Shown: piece after piece, positions 26,089-32,000 of the stretch | How positions within the stretch are numbered: position 1 is the stretch's first letter | How the letters are laid out: every line of letters begins with the position of its first letter | DNA from: Acidothermus cellulolyticus 11B | GTDB taxonomy: Bacteria; Actinomycetota; Actinomycetes; Acidothermales; Acidothermaceae | Reading direction: 5' to 3' | DNA length: 32,000 nt | Assembly: GCF_000015025.1 (NCBI RefSeq) | Contig: NC_008578.1 | Span: 510,001 to 542,000 of the forward strand | Translations under genes and position numbers: made by a program | The notes under the pieces: generated by a model | Database searches by the model: none | Seen by the model: the letters and a program-made list of their open reading frames with translations, nothing else | What the model was told of the DNA's origin: nothing

Positions 26089-26466
26089 TCAGCCTCCGGC
26101 GGCAAGCCGCTCGTGGTGCTCGGGGCGGCAGCGGCGGGTTGGGCGTTCGCGTGCAAGATGCCGGCGGTACTGGACGAGAAAGCTTCGCACGGCGGCCTCG
26201 ACTTCCCGAGGGTGTGGAATGTGCTGTCCGCTGGCCCACCGCTCGAAGAGCGCGACCGCTGACCGGAGCCGGATGTGGTCGCGGCGCAGGAGCGCGGCCT
26301 CGTCGTCGGAGGCCGAGGAGAGGTCGCTCTCTTCTGCGTTCAGCCGGTGGAGGAGGCTTTCGCGCAGGCAGGACGCGAAATCCGCGAGGGCGCCGGGGAG
26401 TCGCTGCTCGCTGTCCAGCGTGTTGAGCACCCGTTCTCCGCAGGCCACCACGTCGAGATCGACCAT
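26089..26466 (-). CDS. hypothetical small protein, possibly hemerythrin-like four-helix protein
   Basis: 125 aa with a GAGGAGG RBS. H/E motifs are spaced as in HHE domains (LLHRLNAEE, RRDHIRL, YRRHLARE). Its stop lies 2 nt before the nirK ATG. Confidence 0.45.
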   Translation of the reverse strand: MVDLDVVACGERVLNTLDSEQRLPGALADFASCLRESLLHRLNAEESDLSSASDDEAALLRRDHIRLRSAVALFERWASGQHIPHPREVEAAVRSFLVQYRRHLARERPTRRCRPEHHERLAAGG

Positions 26467-26490
26467 CGTCGCCTCCTCGCCTCAGATATT

Positions 26491-26506
26491 AACGAGAAGA
26501 TTCGTG
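26491..26506. promoter_or_regulatory. inverted repeat AACGA-GAAGAT-TCGTG upstream of the hypothetical/nirK operon
   Basis: 9/10 arm complementarity. It has the same geometry and the same flanking TCAGAT element as the site at 27888-27903. Confidence 0.5.
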
Positions 26507-26552
26507 ATAATTCTAAGTGGTGCCGGGTGAACCTCGTCACACCGCTGAACCG

Positions 26553-27866
26553 TCAGCGCGGCGTCGGCGCACCGAAGTGACGGCGCGCCCAGAGCGCCAC
26601 CGGGAAGGCGAGGAGGACGAGGCCCGCGAACGGCAGGAATCCAAAGCCGTAACTGTGCGGGCCGGAGACGGCGCCGGTGACCAGGCCGATCATCGGCGGG
26701 ACGGCGAAGCCGCCGAGCGCACCAAGACCGCCGACCCATCCCGCGGCCCCGCCTACCCCGTCCGGCACATAAATGGGCAGCAATTTGAAGACGATGGCAT
26801 TCTGCAGGCCCATCCCGACGGCGATGGCGATCGTCGCGGTGAACGACACCCACATCTGGGTGGAGAACGCCAGGACGACGAGTCCTGCGAGCATCAGCGC
26901 GAAGTTTCCCTCCGATGCCCAGCGAATCGTGATGCGATCGGAGAGCAGTCCTCCCGGCACCCGGATGAATGCCGAGACCAGCGAGAAAGCTGCGGTGAGA
27001 ATTCCGGCTTCGCGGAGGCTGACGTGGTACATGCCGTTCCAGTAGCTGGGCAGCCACGCGGTGAGGGCGAGGAATCCGCCGAAGGAGAGGAAGTAGTACC
27101 AGACCAGCACCCACGTCCTGCCGTTACGTGCCGAACGACGCAGCGCCTCGGTGGCCGATCCGCTCGGGACCAGGTCGCTGCCGCCCAGCGCCGCCGCCTC
27201 CGGACCGCTGAGCGACCGTCCGGCGCGTCGGTACTGAAACCACGGTCCGTCGTACGCGAGGAGGGCAAAGGCGATCGTCGCGGCGAAGAGGATGACGAAC
27301 CAGATGCTGTAGCCCGCCGTCATGCCGATACCGGCGACGGCGACCGGGAGCAGCAGCGCGGAAATTCCAGGACCGGTGTTGCCCAGCCCGGCGTACGCGC
27401 CTTGGGCGCTGCCCTGCATGGACTTCGGAAACCAGTATGAGAGGAGGCCGACGCCAACCGAGAACGTGGCGATGCCGCATCCGACGAGAGCGCCCAGCAC
27501 GAGGAGGAGGGGGTACCAGCCGGCGAGGTGGTCCGGATAGCGGGTCGCGATGGTGACCAGCAGGCCGATGACACCGAGGTTCGCGGCGGCGAGCAGGACG
27601 AGGAACGGCCGCTTTCCGCCGAAGCGATCGACGGCGGCGCCGAACGGGATGCGGAGCAACGATCCGGTGAGATTGGGAATCGCCGCCAACAGCGCCGCTT
27701 CGGCCGCGGAGAGACCCATGAGGTCCCGGAATTTCGGTACGAGCGGGCCAAAAATCGACACACCGGCGAAGCCGGCGAAGAACGCCATGGTCGCCATGGC
27801 GAGCATGCGCCGGCGGGTGCCGCGCACGATTCCGCGGACAGTAGGCAGAGCCTGCACCGAGCTCAT
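26553..27866 (-). CDS. narK: MFS nitrate/nitrite transporter (NNP family)
   Basis: AYAGLGNTGPG and GWVGGLGALGGFAVPPMIG correspond to the two NNP signature Gly-rich motifs. 12 TM. The ATG at 27866 lies 6 nt after AAGGAG; the tracked GTG 27869 is only 3 nt after it. Confidence 0.85.
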   Translation of the reverse strand: MSSVQALPTVRGIVRGTRRRMLAMATMAFFAGFAGVSIFGPLVPKFRDLMGLSAAEAALLAAIPNLTGSLLRIPFGAAVDRFGGKRPFLVLLAAANLGVIGLLVTIATRYPDHLAGWYPLLLVLGALVGCGIATFSVGVGLLSYWFPKSMQGSAQGAYAGLGNTGPGISALLLPVAVAGIGMTAGYSIWFVILFAATIAFALLAYDGPWFQYRRAGRSLSGPEAAALGGSDLVPSGSATEALRRSARNGRTWVLVWYYFLSFGGFLALTAWLPSYWNGMYHVSLREAGILTAAFSLVSAFIRVPGGLLSDRITIRWASEGNFALMLAGLVVLAFSTQMWVSFTATIAIAVGMGLQNAIVFKLLPIYVPDGVGGAAGWVGGLGALGGFAVPPMIGLVTGAVSGPHSYGFGFLPFAGLVLLAFPVALWARRHFGAPTPR

Positions 27867-27887
27867 CACGATCTCCTTTCAGATAAA

Positions 27888-27903
27888 CACGAAATTAATC
27901 GTG
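27888..27903. promoter_or_regulatory. perfect inverted repeat CACGA-AATTAA-TCGTG upstream of narK
   Basis: 5+5 perfect arms with a 6-nt AT spacer, in a low-GC gap 22 nt upstream of the narK ATG. Confidence 0.55.
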
Positions 27904-27932
27904 CAAATAGGAGATCGCTAAGGCGTAACGGC

Positions 27933-27966
27933 CCGAAGAATCGGGACCTACGTCCCGATTCTTCGG
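27933..27966 (-). terminator. perfect 15-bp stem / 4-nt loop hairpin between narI and narK
   Basis: The sequence is CCGAAGAATCGGGAC-CTAC-GTCCCGATTCTTCGG. It lies 163 nt downstream of the narI stop. There is no U-tract on either strand, so its terminator function is inferred only. Confidence 0.45.
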
Positions 27967-28129
27967 CGGTTGGCAGGCGCAGTCGAAGCGTCCGTCGTCC
28001 TGCGCCGACGGCTCACGCGGTCGTCGTGAACGCCCGCTTGCCGTGCCGGTGCCTCGCGTGCTCGTTGTGAGCGCCCCTAGCATGCCGGCGGCCTTTCGCA
28101 CCCGGTCCGCTTGCTTTTCGTGCCCGGCC

Positions 28130-28882
28130 CTAATACCCGGCGCCGATGCGCCGCCACCGTCGTCCGGCGGTGCCCGGCTCAATGGGAGCGGTAGCCACCC
28201 GGCTGCGGTAGATGATGAACGGCCGCCAGAGGTACCAGAGCGGATAGCTCCACGCGTGGACCAGGCGGGTGAAAGGCCAGACCGCCCAGATGACCCAGGA
28301 GGCCACGGCGTGAACCTGGTAGACGATCGGCGCGCTGGAAATCGCGGCGACGTCCGGCTGTCCGCTGAACAGCCCCCGGAACCACGGTGCAACCGTGAGC
28401 CGATAGTCGTAGCCGCCGCCGAGGAGATTGACGAATACGGTCGGCACGACCCCGGTGAGAATAACGACCAGCAGGAGGATGAGCGCGAAATAGTCGACGG
28501 CGTCAGTTGTCGCCCGCACCCGGGCGATGAAAAGCCGCCGCGAGGCAAGGACGACGACACCGCCGAGAATCAGTACCGCAGCCACTGTTCCGGCGGTGGC
28601 CGAGAACCAGCGGTAGACGTGCTCGGGAATTCCGATCGCCTTCGTCCACCGTTCGGGGATGAGAATGCCGATGACATGCCCCATGATGGCGGCAAAGGTG
28701 CCGTAGTGGAAGATCGGACTGCCCCACTTGAGGAGGCGGCGTTCCTGCAATTGCGTCGATCGGCTCGTCCAGCCGAATTGGTCGTACCGCCAACGCCAGA
28801 TATGGCCGACCACGAAAATGCCGAGTGCCAGGTAGGGGAGGCCGACCCAGAGAAAGATCTGCCATCCGCTCGCGTTTGTCAT
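28130..28882 (-). CDS. narI: respiratory nitrate reductase gamma subunit
   Basis: WQIFLWVGLPYLALGIFVVGHIWRWRYDQFGWTSRSTQLQE...HYGTFAAIMGHVIG is the NarI haem-b ligand pattern. Confidence 0.93.
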   Translation of the reverse strand: MTNASGWQIFLWVGLPYLALGIFVVGHIWRWRYDQFGWTSRSTQLQERRLLKWGSPIFHYGTFAAIMGHVIGILIPERWTKAIGIPEHVYRWFSATAGTVAAVLILGGVVVLASRRLFIARVRATTDAVDYFALILLLVVILTGVVPTVFVNLLGGGYDYRLTVAPWFRGLFSGQPDVAAISSAPIVYQVHAVASWVIWAVWPFTRLVHAWSYPLWYLWRPFIIYRSRVATAPIEPGTAGRRWRRIGAGY

Positions 28883-29559
28883 TCCGAGCCTCCGTATTCC
28901 CGCGTGACGACAGGCGCCGGGGAAGAAAGACTGCCAGGGGCAGGGGTCAAACCGAGGTATTCCGGAGGTGCGAACGGTTCGACGCCCACCTCCTCGTGCG
29001 GCGGACCGTCGCGGCGAAGCCGCTCAACGAGGACGCGGTCCGGCCGCTTCAACCGGGGGAGCAACACAGTCACCGCATCGATGAGCTCAACGTACGGGCT
29101 GTCGATGTGCTGCAACGCTCCGCGGAGCACCTCCAGCTCTGCGCGGTGCGCGGTGAGGAGTGATCGGCCCTTCGGGGAGAGGTCCGCGAATTCCAGCACG
29201 ATAGGGAGGTAATCCGGAAGTTCGTCGGTGACGGGAACGAAACCGGCGCGCCGGTACGTCTCCTTGAACGTGACGAGCGACATGCCCCGCTTCCGGGTGT
29301 CACCGTACCGGTAGTAGGTGAGGTACAGAGTGCGTCGCTTGCTGAGGTCGAAGGTCGAGACATATGTCTCGGCGACGTCCGCCGCCGGCGTGGCGACCAG
29401 CCAGTCGAGGAAGCGAGCGAAGAAAGGCCGGCAGACGGCGGGCTCGAGGCCGCGGACAAGGTCGCGGCAGTACGGTCCTCCGTCATGGAGTTCCACTGTG
29501 GGGTAGCGCAAGAAAACCGACGCCAATTTGAACGGCCCGACGCTGACGTCTCCTGTCAT
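28879..29559 (-). CDS. narJ: nitrate reductase molybdenum cofactor assembly chaperone
   Basis: Called from its position between narH and narI, with 4-nt overlaps on both sides, and the NarJ-like LASVFLRYP...YVSTFD...LYLTYY motifs. Confidence 0.88.
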   Translation of the reverse strand: MTGDVSVGPFKLASVFLRYPTVELHDGGPYCRDLVRGLEPAVCRPFFARFLDWLVATPAADVAETYVSTFDLSKRRTLYLTYYRYGDTRKRGMSLVTFKETYRRAGFVPVTDELPDYLPIVLEFADLSPKGRSLLTAHRAELEVLRGALQHIDSPYVELIDAVTVLLPRLKRPDRVLVERLRRDGPPHEEVGVEPFAPPEYLGLTPAPGSLSSPAPVVTREYGGSE

Positions 29560-31205
29560 TGGTGCTCCCCGGTCTCGACGGCGGCATCGGGGAAAAGCCC
29601 GCGGCGATGCGTGCCGTCCCAGCCGAGAAGGTTGACCCGGAGCCGGCCCGCGGAGTCCCGGAAGGTTTCGCTCGTCGGTGTCTCACCGGGGCGGGACGCG
29701 GGACGGAACGCCCGGATGCCGTGCGGGCCGAGGCCGCCCATGCCGGGACCGCCGTCGCTGTCCAGACTGCAGAACAACTGTTCGTGTTGCGACAGAAGGC
29801 GGCCCGCGTCCTCGGCGTGCGCCGGTGGAATGACGTACCGGTCGTCGTACTTGGCAATGGCAAGAAGCCGGTACAGATCGTGCAGTTCGGTTCTCGTCGC
29901 GCCGGTCTCGGCGATCTGCTCCTCGTTAACGGGCAGGCCGAGTTGCTCGGCCCGCATCATCGCCCGCATGAGGGCCAGTTTGCGCAGCACGCGCCGGACG
30001 ACGTCGGTATCACCGGCGGTGAAGAGGTTCGCCAAATATTCCATCGGAATACGCAGCGCATCAATGGCGGCGAAGACCGCGTCGGGGTCCGCTGGATCAT
30101 AGCCAGCGGCGTGCGCGACGTCCGCGACCGGTGACAGCGGCGGGATGTACCAGACCATCGGCAGGGTGCGGTATTCGGGGTGGAGCGGCAGCGCGACGCG
30201 GTGCCGGACCGCCAAGGCATAGGTGGGGGATCGACGCGCACCCTCGATCCAGTCGTCGGGAATGCCCTGGCGGGCCGCCTCGGCCTGGACCTCCGGATCC
30301 TCCGGGTCGAGAAAGACCCCGAGCTGTGCTTCATACAGGTTCTTTGGATCGCGGGTCGCCGCTGCCGCGAGGACGCGGTCGGCATCGTAGAGGATGAGAC
30401 CGAGGTAGCGAAGCCGACCGACACACGTCTCCGCACAGATCGTCGGCTGCCCTGCTTCAATGCGCGGAAAGCAGAGCGTACATTTCTCGGCTTTCCCAGT
30501 GCGGTGGTTGAAGTACACCTTCTTGTACGGACAGCCGGAGACGCAGAACCGCCAGCCGCGGCACTTATCCTGATCGACCAGAACGATGCCATCCTCCGCA
30601 CGCTTGTACATCGCACCGGACGGACATGACGCCACGCAGGATGGATTGAGGCAGTGCTCACAGATTCTCGGCAGGTAGAACATGAAGACCTGCTCGAACT
30701 CCATCCGAACCCGTTCCTGCAAGCCGGCGAGGTTGGGGTCGGCCAGTGCCCGCTCCGGTGCACCGGCGAGATCGTCCTCCCAGTTGGCGCCCCACTGCAC
30801 GGTGACGTCTTTTCCGGTGAGCGCGGAAATCGAGTGCGCGCTCGGATTCGGAGTGCCGAGGGGCGCATCGATGATGTGGCGGTAGTTGTACGTCCACGGT
30901 TCGCCGTAGTCATCGATGGTGGGGAGATCGGGGTTGTAGAAGATGCTGAGCAATCGGCGGAGCCGGCTGCCGGACTTCAGTTGAAGCCGGCCTTTCCGGT
31001 CCAGCGTCCAGCCGCCGTGCCATTGCTCCTGGTCCTCGTACCGCTTGGGGTAGCCGATTCCCGGCTTCGTCTCGACATTGTTGAAGTACACGTACTCGGT
31101 GCCGACCCGGTTCGTCCACACCTGCTTGCAGGTCACCGTGCAGGTGTGACACCCGATGCACTTGTCGAGGTTCATCACCATGGCCATCTGCGCCATGACT
31201 CTCAT
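29556..31205 (-). CDS. narH: respiratory nitrate reductase beta subunit
   Basis: MAMVMNLDKCIGCHTCTVTCKQVWTNRVGTEYVYFNNVETKPG is near-identical in pattern to the enterobacterial NarH N-terminus. Multiple Fe-S Cys clusters. Confidence 0.96.
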   Translation of the reverse strand: MRVMAQMAMVMNLDKCIGCHTCTVTCKQVWTNRVGTEYVYFNNVETKPGIGYPKRYEDQEQWHGGWTLDRKGRLQLKSGSRLRRLLSIFYNPDLPTIDDYGEPWTYNYRHIIDAPLGTPNPSAHSISALTGKDVTVQWGANWEDDLAGAPERALADPNLAGLQERVRMEFEQVFMFYLPRICEHCLNPSCVASCPSGAMYKRAEDGIVLVDQDKCRGWRFCVSGCPYKKVYFNHRTGKAEKCTLCFPRIEAGQPTICAETCVGRLRYLGLILYDADRVLAAAATRDPKNLYEAQLGVFLDPEDPEVQAEAARQGIPDDWIEGARRSPTYALAVRHRVALPLHPEYRTLPMVWYIPPLSPVADVAHAAGYDPADPDAVFAAIDALRIPMEYLANLFTAGDTDVVRRVLRKLALMRAMMRAEQLGLPVNEEQIAETGATRTELHDLYRLLAIAKYDDRYVIPPAHAEDAGRLLSQHEQLFCSLDSDGGPGMGGLGPHGIRAFRPASRPGETPTSETFRDSAGRLRVNLLGWDGTHRRGLFPDAAVETGEHQ

Positions 31206-32000
31206 TGGTACGCCACCTCCTGGGACCGCCGCCGGATCACCGTGATTTCGTCACGTTGATTGCCGGTTGGGCCGTAGTAGTTGAAGGCGTAGCTCAGCTG
31301 AGCGTAGCCTCCGATGAGGTGCGTGGGCTTGATGACGACGCGGGTCAAGGAATTGTCCGAGCCCCCATGCCAACCGGAGATCTCGGATTTCGGGGTCATG
31401 AGGTGCCGGTCCTTGGCGTGGTACATGAAGACCGTTCCCTCCGGCATCCGATGGGTGACCACGGCCCGGGCGACGACGACGCCGTTGCGGTTGTACGCCT
31501 CGATCCAGTCGTTGTCGGAGACGCCGATTTTGGCGGCGTCGCGGGGACTCATCCAAATCACCGGGCCGCCGCGGAAAAGGCGGAGCATGTGGAGATTGTC
31601 CTGGTATTCCGAGTGGATCGACCACTTCGAGTGCGGTGTCAGGTAGCGCACCGTGATTTCCGGTGTTCCGTCCCCGATCTGCTGGTCGCCGAAGAAGCGG
31701 GGATAGTCCAGCGGCGGCCGGTACGCCGGCAACGCCTCGCCGTACGCCTGAATCCAGTCGTGGTCGAGAAAGAAGTGCATGCGGCCGGTCAGGGTGTGCC
31801 ACGGCTTCTTTCGTTCGACATTGACGACGAACGGTGAATAGCGGCGTCCGCCGGTCTCCGCCCCGGACCACTCCGGCGAGGTGATGACCGCACGCGGCTG
31901 CACCTGCGTATCCGCGAACCGGATCTGCTCCTCGGCCCGTTCCGCGGCCAGATCCCGTAACGGCATACCGGTCCGCTCTTCGAGTGCCTGCCAGGCCTGG
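31202..32000 (-). CDS. narG: respiratory nitrate reductase alpha subunit, C-terminal part (5' end outside the window)
   Basis: The C-terminus ..THLIGGYAQLSYAFNYYGPTGNQRDEITVIRR matches NarG. The frame stays open to the window edge, and the stop overlaps the narH ATG (ATGA). Confidence 0.95.
   Translation of the reverse strand, partial: QAWQALEERTGMPLRDLAAERAEEQIRFADTQVQPRAVITSPEWSGAETGGRRYSPFVVNVERKKPWHTLTGRMHFFLDHDWIQAYGEALPAYRPPLDYPRFFGDQQIGDGTPEITVRYLTPHSKWSIHSEYQDNLHMLRLFRGGPVIWMSPRDAAKIGVSDNDWIEAYNRNGVVVARAVVTHRMPEGTVFMYHAKDRHLMTPKSEISGWHGGSDNSLTRVVIKPTHLIGGYAQLSYAFNYYGPTGNQRDEITVIRRRSQEVAYQ

Overview
High-GC, gene-dense, actinobacterial-type chromosomal segment. Proteins are Ala/Arg/Pro-rich, GTG/TTG starts are frequent, and many gene pairs have 1-4 nt stop/start overlaps. 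No rRNA, tRNA or CRISPR array was seen by eye. The only mobile-element trace is one short transposase fragment. The left part (1-14.4 kb) looks accessory and envelope/lipid-oriented. It holds an aldo/keto reductase abutting the IS scar, a GT1-GT2-MFS operon, and a TetR/SDR/MFS cassette bracketed by a 36-bp direct repeat. It also holds a PAP2(Aur1-like)::WS/DGAT fusion coupled to a DMT-like membrane protein, DUF167, a His-rich lipoprotein, a second PAP2 and a SAM methyltransferase. The right part (14.6-32 kb) is a respiratory and nitrogen-oxide island. It holds ctaD, a Cys-less DsbA-like protein, and divergent hemerythrin modules (a hemerythrin::DUF2249 fusion facing a hemerythrin coupled to a CopD-like::TusA-like membrane protein). 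Next come a cupin, an AhpD-like CxxC protein, DUF59/SufT-like, a 7Fe ferredoxin, and an NnrS-like membrane protein coupled to a wHTH regulator. The island ends with a small CopD-like protein, a cupredoxin-extended NirK, a small hemerythrin-like protein, NarK and narGHJI (narG runs off the window). No NO reductase or flavohaemoglobin is visible. The most interesting signals are a shared inverted repeat (CACGA-N6-TCGTG, with the core TCGTGACAAA) in the low-GC promoter gaps of this island, an RBS-sequestering stem in the narK leader, and the paired soluble and membrane hemerythrin + TusA-fold modules. All functional calls rest on motif recognition by eye. No database search was run.
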